Shown one piece after another: positions 24,248 through 33,808 of a stretch of 44,936 bases of DNA. Within the stretch, counting starts at the first letter, position 1, and the number at the start of each line of letters is the position of its first letter. A program made the position numbers and the translations under genes. The DNA lies in contig JBNGDM010000001.1 in NCBI GenBank assembly GCA_049975105.1, positions 1 through 44,936 on the forward strand, in the 5' to 3' direction. Below the pieces are notes generated by a model. It had not been told where the DNA came from. It did not search any database and saw nothing but the letters and a program-made list of their open reading frames with translations. This DNA comes from Rhodovulum sp. Lineage in GTDB: Bacteria; Pseudomonadota; Alphaproteobacteria; Rhodobacterales; Rhodobacteraceae.

Positions 24248-25669
24248 ATGGAACCGCTGACATGGACGGGCGCGCTTGGCCCCTACCTGAACCCGGCAAT
24301 CCAGATCGCGGCGCTGTCGCTGATCGTTTCGGTGATCGGCAATATACTTGTGTCGCTTTTCACCGCCGAAGAACGTCTGCAATACGGGCCGGACGGGGCG
24401 GTGATGCGGGCAAGCAATGCCACCCGCTTCACCCGCGCCGCGATGCTCCTGTCGCTGGCGGCGGTCATCCTTGTCCTGCTGGGTTATGTCATCGGCGGCA
24501 TCGTGATGCCGGCCGAGCAGAAGGGTATCGTCGGGCGTATCTCGGCCCGATTGCTGCCGGTCTGGATCGCGCTGGCCGTGACATTCGCCGTCTCGGTCAT
24601 ATTCAAGCGGCGGCTTGGGCTTTACGGAAACCTGTTCGACAACATAGTGGGCATGATCGGCTTTGGGCTGGTGATGTTCTGGGTGTTCACCGCACTCTTC
24701 GCCAACCTTGTCGTGACCTTCGATCCCGTTCAGGACGTCATTTCAGGAATGAAGAACAAGGCACCGGGCACGCCCCTGCCCTCGCCCGAGGACGGGCAAT
24801 ACGGATATTACCTTCTTGGCGGCGATGCTCTGGCGCGGGACGTCTTTTCCCGCATGGTGATGGGCGCTCGGGTGGTGTTGACCATCGCGCCGGCGGCTAC
24901 GCTGTTTGCTTTCATGGTTGGGATCGTACTGGGGGTGCCGGCGGGCTACCTCGGCGGAAAATTCGACACGATCCTTTCCTTCATCGCGAACCTCGTCCTC
25001 GCTTTCCCGGTGATTCTGCTGTTTTTCCTGCTGGTCACGCCCGAAATCGTACTAATGGGTGTGCCAACCTACATGGCCGCGGTGTTGTTCCTGTTTCCAA
25101 TCATCTTTCTCGTGATCCTCTGGAACTCACGCTTTCACACGAAGCCGATGACCAGAAATCTCTATGTCGGACTGACGTTGCTGATCGGCGGCTGGTTGTA
25201 TCTCGGTCTAGCCTGGAACCAGGATCCGTTCGGTTTGATCTCAATCCCGGGTGGTGTCTTGATCGTTTTCGTCTCGGTGGTGTTCGTCAATTCTCCCACC
25301 GTGTTCCGCATAGTCCGCGGCCTTACGCTGGATATCCGCACCCGCGACTATGTAGCTGCCGCCCAGACACGCGGCGAAGGCCCCTGGTACATCATGCTCT
25401 GGGAGATTTTGCCGAACGCGCGGGGTCCGCTTCTCGTCGATTTCTGCCTGAGGATCGGCTATACCACAATCCTGCTTGGCACACTCGGTTTCTTCGGCCT
25501 AGGCCTGCCGCCCGAAAGCCCCGACTGGGGTACCTCGATCAATTCCGGGCGGGGCCTTTTGCAATTCTTCCCCTTCCCGCCGCTGGTCCCCGCCGTCGCG
25601 ATCATGAGCCTCGTGCTGGGTCTGAACCTGCTGGCCGATGGCCTGCGCGAAGAAAGCCTGAAGGACTGA
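24248..25669 (+). CDS. ABC transporter permease (DppC/OppC-like, N-terminally extended)
   Basis: LGGDALARDVFSR, DYVAAAQTRGE and LGFFGLGLPPESPDWG motifs. Confidence 0.92.
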   Translation: MEPLTWTGALGPYLNPAIQIAALSLIVSVIGNILVSLFTAEERLQYGPDGAVMRASNATRFTRAAMLLSLAAVILVLLGYVIGGIVMPAEQKGIVGRISARLLPVWIALAVTFAVSVIFKRRLGLYGNLFDNIVGMIGFGLVMFWVFTALFANLVVTFDPVQDVISGMKNKAPGTPLPSPEDGQYGYYLLGGDALARDVFSRMVMGARVVLTIAPAATLFAFMVGIVLGVPAGYLGGKFDTILSFIANLVLAFPVILLFFLLVTPEIVLMGVPTYMAAVLFLFPIIFLVILWNSRFHTKPMTRNLYVGLTLLIGGWLYLGLAWNQDPFGLISIPGGVLIVFVSVVFVNSPTVFRIVRGLTLDIRTRDYVAAAQTRGEGPWYIMLWEILPNARGPLLVDFCLRIGYTTILLGTLGFFGLGLPPESPDWGTSINSGRGLLQFFPFPPLVPAVAIMSLVLGLNLLADGLREESLKD

Positions 25670-25673
25670 CGCC

Positions 25674-27758
25674 ATGACAAAGTGGGAGTATGATGGCCCC
25701 ATTCTGGAAATCGACAAGCTGTCGATCAGTTTCTTCACTAGGCTGAGAGAAATTCCCGCAGTGATGGATTTTTCCGTCACGGTGAATCCCGGCGAGGCGG
25801 TTGGGCTGGTGGGCGAATCCGGCTGTGGCAAGTCCACCGTGGCGCTTGGTGTGATGCAGGATCTCGGCGTGAACGGCCGCATCGTCGGCGGGACCATCAA
25901 GTTCAAGGGACGTGACCTGGCCGATCTCTCAGAGGAGGAATTGCGCGATCTCCGTGGCAACGAGATCGCGATGATCTACCAGGAGCCGATGGCGAGCCTG
26001 AATCCGGCGATGAAGGTCGGCAAGCAGCTCGTCGAAGTGCCGATGATCCATGACGGCACGCCCGAGAAGGAAGCGCTCAAAATGGCGCGGCAGGTCGTAG
26101 AAGACGTGCGCCTGCCCGACCCCGACCGGATCCTCGACGCCTATCCGCACCAGCTTTCGGGCGGCCAGCAACAGCGCATCGTCATCGCCATGGCGCTGAT
26201 GTCAAAGCCATCCCTTCTGATCCTTGACGAGCCGACCACCGCGCTCGATGTCACGGTCGAGGCGGGCATCGTCGATCTGGTAAAAGACCTCGGCAAGAAA
26301 TACGGCACCTCGATGCTGTTCATTTCGCACAACCTTGGGCTTGTCTTGGAAACCTGCGATCGGCTTTGCGTGATGTATTCCGGCGAGGCGGTCGAACGCG
26401 GAAGCATCAAGGACGTATTCGACAGAATGCGTCACCCCTACACGCAAGCACTGTTTCGCTCGATCCCGTTGCCGGGCGCGGACAAGAATACCCGCCCGCT
26501 GGTCGCAATCCCCGGCAACTTCCCCTTGCCCCACGAACGCCCGTCCGGCTGCAATTTCGGCCCCCGCTGCGTCTATTTCGAGGCCGGGCGCTGCGACGCT
26601 GGCCATATCCATATGACCGACGTCCCCGGCGACGCCCGTCACGAGACCCGCTGCCTGCGTTTTCAGGAAATCGATTGGGATGCGCCGCCCGAATCCGGTG
26701 CCCGGACGGACAAGCCCGAGAGCGGCGACGTGATCCTGAAGATGGACGACCTTAAGAAGTACTACGAGGTTTCGGCCTATAGTCTTTTCGGATCGGGCGG
26801 CACGAAAGTCGTCAAGGCCAACGAAACGCTGAGCTTTGCCGCGCGAGAATCCGAGACGCTGGCCATCGTCGGGGAATCGGGCTGTGGCAAATCCACCTTT
26901 GCCAAGGTACTGATGGGGCTTGAAACGGCAACGAGCGGCAAGATCCTGCTCGACAACCGGGAAATCCAGGACATCCCGATCGAGAAGCGCGGCTCGAAGA
27001 CCGTGGCCGATGTGCAGATGGTGTTTCAGAACCCGTTCGACACGCTGAACCCTTCGATGACGGTCGGACGTCAGATCATGCGCGCGCTTGAGGTGTTCGG
27101 CGTGGGCGAAACCGAAGCGGATCGGCGCAACCGGATGCTGGACCTGCTGGACCTCGTAAAACTGCCGCGCGAATTCGCCGACCGAATGCCGCGCCAGCTT
27201 TCTGGCGGACAAAAACAGCGCGTCGGCATCGCGCGGGCCTTTGCAGGCGACGCGCGCATCGTAGTAGCCGACGAACCCGTTTCGGCGCTCGATGTCAGCG
27301 TACAGGCCGCGGTCACAGACCTGCTGATGGAGATCCAGCGCGAGCAGAAAACGACCCTTTTGTTCATCTCGCACGATCTCTCCATCGTTCGTTACCTATC
27401 CGACCGGGTTATGGTGATGTATCTGGGACATGTGGTCGAGATCGGCGCGACAGACCAAGTGTTTGCCCCGCCCTACCATCCCTATACCGAGGCTCTGCTG
27501 TCCGCCGTTCCGATCGCAGACACGCATGTCAAGAAGAAGCGGATCGTGCTGGAGGGTGACATCCCCTCGGCAATGAATCCTCCGCCCGGTTGCCCTTTCC
27601 AGACCCGCTGCCGCTGGAAAGACCGGGTTCCGGGCAACCGGTGTGAACGCGAGGTCCCGCCGCTGGTCACGCTGGCAGAGGGCCACCGTGTCAAGTGCCA
27701 CCTCTCGCAGGAGGTGCTGACCGAGATGGAACCGGTGATCGAGATCGCCGCCGAGTAA
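25674..27758 (+). CDS. ABC transporter ATP-binding protein, fused DppD/DppF
   Basis: Two GESGCGKS Walker A motifs, two LSGGQ signatures and two HPYT/Cys-rich C-terminal extensions. Confidence 0.95.
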   Translation: MTKWEYDGPILEIDKLSISFFTRLREIPAVMDFSVTVNPGEAVGLVGESGCGKSTVALGVMQDLGVNGRIVGGTIKFKGRDLADLSEEELRDLRGNEIAMIYQEPMASLNPAMKVGKQLVEVPMIHDGTPEKEALKMARQVVEDVRLPDPDRILDAYPHQLSGGQQQRIVIAMALMSKPSLLILDEPTTALDVTVEAGIVDLVKDLGKKYGTSMLFISHNLGLVLETCDRLCVMYSGEAVERGSIKDVFDRMRHPYTQALFRSIPLPGADKNTRPLVAIPGNFPLPHERPSGCNFGPRCVYFEAGRCDAGHIHMTDVPGDARHETRCLRFQEIDWDAPPESGARTDKPESGDVILKMDDLKKYYEVSAYSLFGSGGTKVVKANETLSFAARESETLAIVGESGCGKSTFAKVLMGLETATSGKILLDNREIQDIPIEKRGSKTVADVQMVFQNPFDTLNPSMTVGRQIMRALEVFGVGETEADRRNRMLDLLDLVKLPREFADRMPRQLSGGQKQRVGIARAFAGDARIVVADEPVSALDVSVQAAVTDLLMEIQREQKTTLLFISHDLSIVRYLSDRVMVMYLGHVVEIGATDQVFAPPYHPYTEALLSAVPIADTHVKKKRIVLEGDIPSAMNPPPGCPFQTRCRWKDRVPGNRCEREVPPLVTLAEGHRVKCHLSQEVLTEMEPVIEIAAE

Positions 27759-27764
27759 GCCGCC

Positions 27765-29063
27765 TTATCCCGGACCCAGCGTGCGGAAGCGCTGTTCCTG
27801 CCGCGCCGTCCAATTAACGGTCAATACTGGGCCGTCTTGGCGCTGTTCCTCCGATTCGACCACGCCCTGAGCATAAAGCCAGGCGCGTTTCCTTCCCTCG
27901 TCATGGCCAAGTTGAACCTTACGTCGTGTACGCGCTTCATCCAGCGCCCGCGTCACGGCATCCAGTAGTTCGTCCACCCCTTCACCCGTCCAGGCCGATA
28001 GGCTCATTACTCCCTCGTGCCTTGCCGCAACGGACTGCAGCGCGGCGCTCGCAGAGGGCTCCAAAAGATCGGTCTTGTTCCAGACCTCAATCAAGGGCGT
28101 TGCCTCCACCACGCCGAGCTCCGCCAATATCGTGCGTACATCCTCCGCCTGGATTTCGGTCTCGGGGTGGGCAATATCGCGCACATGCAGGATCAGATCG
28201 GCCTCCAACACCTCTTCCAATGTGGCGCGGAATGCTGCGACCAATTGCGTCGGCAAATCCGAAATGAACCCCACTGTATCTGAAAGGATCACCTTTAACC
28301 CCGTGGGAAGCGTTACCGCCCGCATCGTCGGGTCCAGCGTGGCGAAAAGCATGTCCTTTGCCATCACCTCTGCGCCGGTAAGGCGGTTGAACAACGTGGA
28401 TTTGCCCGCGTTGGTATATCCCACCAGTGCGACCACCGGGAACGGCACCTTGCGCCGTGCGGCGCGATGCAGATCGCGTGTCTTTGCGACCTTCGACAGC
28501 TGACGGCGCAGCCTGGTGATCGCCTCGTCGATGGCCCGCCGGTCGGCCTCGATCTGGGTCTCGCCCGGGCCGCCAACAAATCCGAGGCCGCCGCGCTGCC
28601 TTTCCAAGTGGGTCCAGGCACGGACCAGCCGCGTGCGCTGGTAGGACAACGCGGCGAGTTCCACTTGAAGCACGCCCTCGCGCGTACGCGCTCGGTCGGC
28701 GAATATTTCTAGGATCAGGCCCGTGCGGTCGAGGATCTTGACCTTCCACTCGCGTTCCAAGTTGCGCTGCTGCACCGGCGTCACCGGCCCGTCGATCAAC
28801 ACGAGCTCCACGTCCGCTGCCTTAAGTCGCGCGCCTAGTTCCGCGATCTTGCCAGAGCCGAAGAGCAGCCCGGGCCGTGCCTTTGGCAGCGGAACGATCT
28901 CTGCCCCGACAACCTCGAGATCGGGAAGCGCAGCGGCCAGAGCGACGGCCTCCTCCAACGCCGGGCCAGGCTGCCGCCGATCGCGATCGGACGAAATGTC
29001 AGGATGCACCACCCAAGCGCGGGTGATGCGCGGAGCGCACTCCTCGGTCTTAGACGGACTCAA
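27765..29063 (-). CDS. hflX: GTPase HflX
   Basis: [33 protein letters not shown] and NKTD motifs. TTG start overlaps the hfq stop. Confidence 0.96.
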   Translation of the reverse strand: MSPSKTEECAPRITRAWVVHPDISSDRDRRQPGPALEEAVALAAALPDLEVVGAEIVPLPKARPGLLFGSGKIAELGARLKAADVELVLIDGPVTPVQQRNLEREWKVKILDRTGLILEIFADRARTREGVLQVELAALSYQRTRLVRAWTHLERQRGGLGFVGGPGETQIEADRRAIDEAITRLRRQLSKVAKTRDLHRAARRKVPFPVVALVGYTNAGKSTLFNRLTGAEVMAKDMLFATLDPTMRAVTLPTGLKVILSDTVGFISDLPTQLVAAFRATLEEVLEADLILHVRDIAHPETEIQAEDVRTILAELGVVEATPLIEVWNKTDLLEPSASAALQSVAARHEGVMSLSAWTGEGVDELLDAVTRALDEARTRRKVQLGHDEGRKRAWLYAQGVVESEEQRQDGPVLTVNWTARQEQRFRTLGPG

Positions 29064-29293
29064 TCCTCACCGTCATAAAGATTAATCGGCTGCGACGGCA
29101 TGATGGTCGAAATCGCGTGCTTGTATACCAGCTGGGATTGCCCGTCGCGGCGCAGGAGCACGCAGAAATTGTCGAACCAAGTGATCACCCCCTGAAGCTT
29201 GACTCCGTTGATCAGGAAGATCGTGACCGGGACCTTGGTCTTGCGAACATGGTTAAGGAATGCATCCTGCAAATTCTGCTTGTCGGCAGCCAT
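29060..29293 (-). CDS. hfq: RNA chaperone Hfq
   Basis: [26 protein letters not shown]...FDNF...[11 protein letters not shown]. Confidence 0.98.
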   Translation of the reverse strand: MAADKQNLQDAFLNHVRKTKVPVTIFLINGVKLQGVITWFDNFCVLLRRDGQSQLVYKHAISTIMPSQPINLYDGED

Positions 29294-29360
29294 TCGATTA
29301 TTGCCCTTGTTGTCTGGTTCTGCCCGTCGGCGGACAGCCGTCGTTCCGTCAGCAGAGTAT

Positions 29361-29423
29361 GTCGCGAGGAATTGATAGATTCCACCCCTCTTAACAGGTC
29401 TTTACAGCGAAATTTCTCGCGAC
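29361..29423. promoter_or_regulatory. hfq upstream region: 13-bp inverted repeat enclosing a GANTC and a CtrA-like box
   Basis: GTCGCGAGGAATT (29361-29373) pairs with AATTTCTCGCGAC (29411-29423); GATTC at 29378-29382; TTAA-caggtct-TTAC at 29391-29405. Confidence 0.4.
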
Positions 29424-29427
29424 GCCG

Positions 29428-30945
29428 TCAGTTGCGCCAGAATTCCGGGTTCAGAAGCGCTATGATGGCCAAAGTCTCAAGTCGGCCGACCACCATGGCC
29501 CCAGCCAGTACCATCCGCGCGGGTTCTCCGAGCAAGGCATAAGAGATCCCGGGTTCGATCGCCGCGACGGCCAGCGGCCCTGTCGTCGTCAGCGCAGCCA
29601 CGGTCAGCACCATGGACGTGTCGAAATTCAGCCCCGCCGCTCCCAGCGCGGTCATCGTGACGGCAACCGACAGTGCGAACAGCATGAAGAAGACAAAAGC
29701 AATTTGTGCGCCATGGCGCCTTATCCGCCTTGCGAAAGCACCCGCCCCACCCACCGAATGTGGGTGAACGAGTTTTTCCATTTCACGCACCCCGTGCTTG
29801 TAGAGCGCATAAATCCGCAAGAGCTTTACGCCGCCCGCCGTGGTCGCCACACCGCCCCCGAACACGGAGAGACCTACGAGGATCAAACCCGGCGTGGCAA
29901 GGCCGGACCAGCTTTGCGCATCCGCCCAATCACTCGAGACGAAGCCAGTTGTCGTGAGAAAGGAGGTCACGGTGAACACCGCGCCCCACAATGCGCGCAG
30001 CGCCGCGACAAGATCCTCTTCCGCCTGGATTTCATAAGCACCCAACCAGTGTCGAGCGAAGAGAAAGAGCGTTACCGCCCAGGCGATCGCGACGCCCATA
30101 CGAAGCTCCATGTCAACCTTTAGCGCGCGCCAGCTTTCGGCGCGGAAATCGAACATGAAGGTCTGACGGGTAAAGGCAAAGATGAAGAATCCCCACAGAA
30201 ACACTTCGCCCGCTATGCCGCTTTGGCCACCGGGCACGCCGCCCACAGGGGATATGCCCGAGGTCGCCAGTACCGACATCGCGTGGCATGCCGCGACCAG
30301 TGGCCCCTCTCCGGCGACGAGCATCAGCACCCACAGACTTGCCGTCAGCCCGAGATACACCGGCGCAAGCTGCCCGGAGAACCGCACCAGACGGCCGCGC
30401 GGGTCTGCGGCTTGGTTTGCCACCGCGCCTTCGCCCCGCACGCCGCCGGCGCCGCCCTCCCCGGTTGTGACCTCGAACCCACCTAAATTCATCGGCGCGA
30501 AAATCGAAATCGCGGTCACCCAAATGAAAAAACCACCGAGCCAGCCCACCAGCGCGCGCCAAAGATGCACGCCCGAAGATAACCAGTCCGGGTCGTAAAG
30601 AGTGGCACCCGTGGTCGTCAGGCTTGAAACCATCTCGAAGTAGCCATCAAAGAAGGCCGCACCGGGCACCGCTTCGACGAAGGGAACGGCGAGCATCAGC
30701 GGCAAAACCGTATAGAATCCCAGCATCGCCAACAGGTGGCTCCGGGCCTGGTTCTCGACCGCATTGTTTATCGTAGCCAGCCCTATCAACGCCGCCAGCA
30801 CGGTGAAGATAAGACCCGAGTAAAAGAAGCTGCGCGCGGTCAGCCAGTCGCGCTCGGCAAGCGCCACACCAACCGGCAAAAACATCGCCAGAGCCCCCAC
30901 CCCCATGAGGATCACCAGGAACGGAAGGTCCGCGAGCCGGCGCAT
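29428..30945 (-). CDS. trkH: Trk potassium uptake membrane protein
   Basis: FEMVSSLTTTGAT, GWLGG, TTTGF, GGGVK and GRLE pore-loop motifs. Confidence 0.92.
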   Translation of the reverse strand: MRRLADLPFLVILMGVGALAMFLPVGVALAERDWLTARSFFYSGLIFTVLAALIGLATINNAVENQARSHLLAMLGFYTVLPLMLAVPFVEAVPGAAFFDGYFEMVSSLTTTGATLYDPDWLSSGVHLWRALVGWLGGFFIWVTAISIFAPMNLGGFEVTTGEGGAGGVRGEGAVANQAADPRGRLVRFSGQLAPVYLGLTASLWVLMLVAGEGPLVAACHAMSVLATSGISPVGGVPGGQSGIAGEVFLWGFFIFAFTRQTFMFDFRAESWRALKVDMELRMGVAIAWAVTLFLFARHWLGAYEIQAEEDLVAALRALWGAVFTVTSFLTTTGFVSSDWADAQSWSGLATPGLILVGLSVFGGGVATTAGGVKLLRIYALYKHGVREMEKLVHPHSVGGAGAFARRIRRHGAQIAFVFFMLFALSVAVTMTALGAAGLNFDTSMVLTVAALTTTGPLAVAAIEPGISYALLGEPARMVLAGAMVVGRLETLAIIALLNPEFWRN

Positions 30946-30949
30946 AGAA

Positions 30950-32326
30950 TCAGAAAAAATCTATGGAGACCTGCAACAGGCGCTCCACTTCCGGCACGTC
31001 GGCGGCAAGCGCAAAGATCGCAACCACGTCGCCTTCCTCGATCCGAGTATCGCCCCTAGGCCGGATCACCTTGCCTCCCTTCATCACGCCACCGATCAGT
31101 GCACCCTCGGGGAAGTCGATATCCTGCACTTTTTTGCCAGCCATCGGCGAGGTCGACAGCACTTGCGCCTCGAGCACCTCGGCCTCGGCATCGCCGATGG
31201 AATAGACACCACGCACCCGGCCGTGACGAATGTGGCGCAGGATGGAACTGACCGTGGTGGCGCGCGGGTTGATGTAGGCGTCGATATCCAAGGGCCCCAT
31301 AAGCGGAACCATAGACGGGTCATTGACCAGCACGATCGCCATGGGACAACCTGCCAGCTTGGACCGGACCGCGGCCAGGAGGTTCGTCTTGTCGTCATCG
31401 GTCACCGCCAGCACCGCGTCGGCCCGGTCGATATTCGCTTCTTCCAGAAGGGTGACGTTCAGACCGTCCCCGTTCAAGACAATCGTGCGTTCCAGAGCAT
31501 CTGCCGCAGTCTCGGCACGGGCGCGGTCCATCTCGATCACCTTGGCCCGGATGCGATCCTCGCGCCGCTCCAGCGCCTGCGCGACGGCCAAACCGACATT
31601 GCCTCCGCCTATAATGACGACGCGCTCTTGCTTGCGCGTGGACTTGCCGAAGATCTCGAGCGTTCGGTTCACATCCTCGACATGGGAAAAGACATAGACC
31701 TGATCCTCGGGGAAAAGCTGGTCATTAGGTTCGGGCGCGAACAGTGTGCCCTCGCGCCGAACGCCCACCACGATGGCCCGCAGCGTCGAGAAAAGATCAG
31801 TCAACTGCCGTAGCGGTGTGTTCACCACCGGGCAGTCCTCTTCGAGCGTGATGCCCAGCAATTGCGCCTGCCCGCTGAGAAAACTCTCGGTGTCGAACGC
31901 CGCAGGTGCCGAAATGCGCTGGAGTGCCGCTTCAGCGACTTCCCGCTCGGGGCTGATGACCACATCAATCGGCATATGATCGCGGCGGTAGAGATCGGAA
32001 TAGATCGCCGTCAGATAGGATTGCGACCGTAACCGCGCGATCTTGCGCGGGATTGCAAAGACCGAATGCGCCACCTGGCAGGTGACCATATTAACCTCGT
32101 CGGACTGGGTGGCGGCGATGATCATGTCCGCATCACGTGCACCGGCCCGTTCCAGGATATCCGGGTAGGACGCATGACCGGTGATGCCCTGAACGTCCAT
32201 GGCATCCGTCGCTCTGCGGATCAGATCGGCATTCATATCGACGATGGTGACGTCGTTTTTTTCGCCTGAAAGGTGGCGGGCGATTTGCCAACCGACCTGG
32301 CCTGCACCGCAGATGATGACCTTCAT
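30950..32326 (-). CDS. trkA: Trk potassium uptake NAD-binding subunit
   Basis: Two RCK domains with GAGQVG and GGGNVG. Confidence 0.96.
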   Translation of the reverse strand: MKVIICGAGQVGWQIARHLSGEKNDVTIVDMNADLIRRATDAMDVQGITGHASYPDILERAGARDADMIIAATQSDEVNMVTCQVAHSVFAIPRKIARLRSQSYLTAIYSDLYRRDHMPIDVVISPEREVAEAALQRISAPAAFDTESFLSGQAQLLGITLEEDCPVVNTPLRQLTDLFSTLRAIVVGVRREGTLFAPEPNDQLFPEDQVYVFSHVEDVNRTLEIFGKSTRKQERVVIIGGGNVGLAVAQALERREDRIRAKVIEMDRARAETAADALERTIVLNGDGLNVTLLEEANIDRADAVLAVTDDDKTNLLAAVRSKLAGCPMAIVLVNDPSMVPLMGPLDIDAYINPRATTVSSILRHIRHGRVRGVYSIGDAEAEVLEAQVLSTSPMAGKKVQDIDFPEGALIGGVMKGGKVIRPRGDTRIEEGDVVAIFALAADVPEVERLLQVSIDFF

Positions 32327-32383
32327 TCACGCCTTCCGATTGGAAATCACGCGCCCAATGCATTGCAGATGGCCACGCGACGG

Positions 32384-33805
32384 TCAATCTGCCCCTGTGC
32401 CCATTGCATCTTCCTCCTCGACATGAGCAACGCGTGCGCCCGCCTTGGCAGAAGTAACCACACCCAGCGATTTCAGCTTGCGATGAAGCGCCGAGCGTTC
32501 CATGCCCACGAAATTCGCTGTCCGAGAAATATTGCCCCCGAAGCGGTTGATTTGCGTCAGCAGGTACTCTCGTTCGAACAGTTCGCGCGCCTCGCGGAGC
32601 GGCAGCGTGGCAAGGCCGCCAGACAAGACCACCCGGCCTTCCTCGGAGGGACTGTCCGTGGGCACCGGCAGTTCATCCGCACCAATCGGCTCGGTGCCTT
32701 CACCCAGGATCAGAACTCGTTCGATCACGTTCTTGAGTTGACGCACGTTTCCAGGCCAAGCCATCGTCTGCAGAAGCGCCTCGGCCTCGGTCGACAAAGA
32801 TCTCAGCGGCAAGCCCTGCGTTCGATTGAAGGCGCTGATAAAATATCGCGCGAGCTCGGGTATGTCTTCGCGGCGCTCATCCAGCGCGGGAACCTCGATC
32901 GGCACCACGTTCAGCCGGTGATAGAGTTCCTCGCGAAAGCTACCCTCGGCGATGGCGGCGGGCAGATCCCGGGTAGTCGAGGAAATCACACGGATATCGA
33001 CGCGCACCTTGTCCGAACCGCCGGCGCGCTGGAACTGTTGGTCCACCAGCACGCGCAAGATCTTCGACTGGGTCCCCAGCGGCATGTCCGCTACCTCGTC
33101 GAAATAGAGAATACCGCCATGGGCCTGCTCCAGAAGACCAGGTTCAATGCCGCGTGCAGCGCTTTCCCGACCGAACAGCACCTCTTCCATACGTTCGGGT
33201 TCGATAGAGGCTGAATTGACCACAACGAAAGGGCCATTCGCCCGGTTCGACTGCGTGTGAACATAGCGCGCGGCGACCTCCTTTCCAGATCCCGCCGGAC
33301 CTGAAAGCATCACCCGGCCATTCGACTTCGTCACCTTATCGAGATGCGACTTCAGAGACTTGAAGGCCGTACTTGATCCGATCATTTCAGCTTGGGAAAC
33401 GTCCTTGCGTCGCAAGTCCTGATTTTCTCGCCGCAGCCGCGAAGCTTCCATGGCGCGGCGGATAACCACGAGGAGTTGGTCGATGTTGAACGGCTTTTCG
33501 ATGAAGTCGTAGGCGCCCTGCTTGATCGCGGCGACCGCGATCTCGATATTTCCATGGCCCGAGATGATGACGATCGGGATGTCGGGATTGTCACGCTTGA
33601 CCCGCGACAGTATGTCTATCCCGTCCATTTTGCTGTCCTTCAGCCAAATGTCGAGGACCATCAGCGCGGGCGGTTCGGAATTGATCTCGGCCATGCAGGC
33701 ATCGGAATTCGCGGCCAGACGCGTCGTATAGCCTTCGTCCTGCAGAATGTCCGCGATAAGTTCGCGGATGTCGCGCTCGTCGTCGACGATCAGGATATCT
33801 CCCAT
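32384..33805 (-). CDS. ntrX: Response regulator NtrX
   Basis: Receiver (LDIWL, ISGHGNIE), AAA+ domain and Fis HTH (GMERSALHRKLKSLG); follows ntrY. Confidence 0.94.
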   Translation of the reverse strand: MGDILIVDDERDIRELIADILQDEGYTTRLAANSDACMAEINSEPPALMVLDIWLKDSKMDGIDILSRVKRDNPDIPIVIISGHGNIEIAVAAIKQGAYDFIEKPFNIDQLLVVIRRAMEASRLRRENQDLRRKDVSQAEMIGSSTAFKSLKSHLDKVTKSNGRVMLSGPAGSGKEVAARYVHTQSNRANGPFVVVNSASIEPERMEEVLFGRESAARGIEPGLLEQAHGGILYFDEVADMPLGTQSKILRVLVDQQFQRAGGSDKVRVDIRVISSTTRDLPAAIAEGSFREELYHRLNVVPIEVPALDERREDIPELARYFISAFNRTQGLPLRSLSTEAEALLQTMAWPGNVRQLKNVIERVLILGEGTEPIGADELPVPTDSPSEEGRVVLSGGLATLPLREARELFEREYLLTQINRFGGNISRTANFVGMERSALHRKLKSLGVVTSAKAGARVAHVEEEDAMGTGAD

Positions 33806-33808
33806 GTC

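Noticed and set aside
24037-25677. 546-aa same-strand alternative-frame ORF over the second permease
   Set aside because: Arg/Gly-rich off-frame translation explained by GC-rich codon usage; no SD or domain.
26202-27374. 390-aa minus-strand ORF antisense to the ABC ATPase
   Set aside because: Antisense mirror frame of a well-supported gene.
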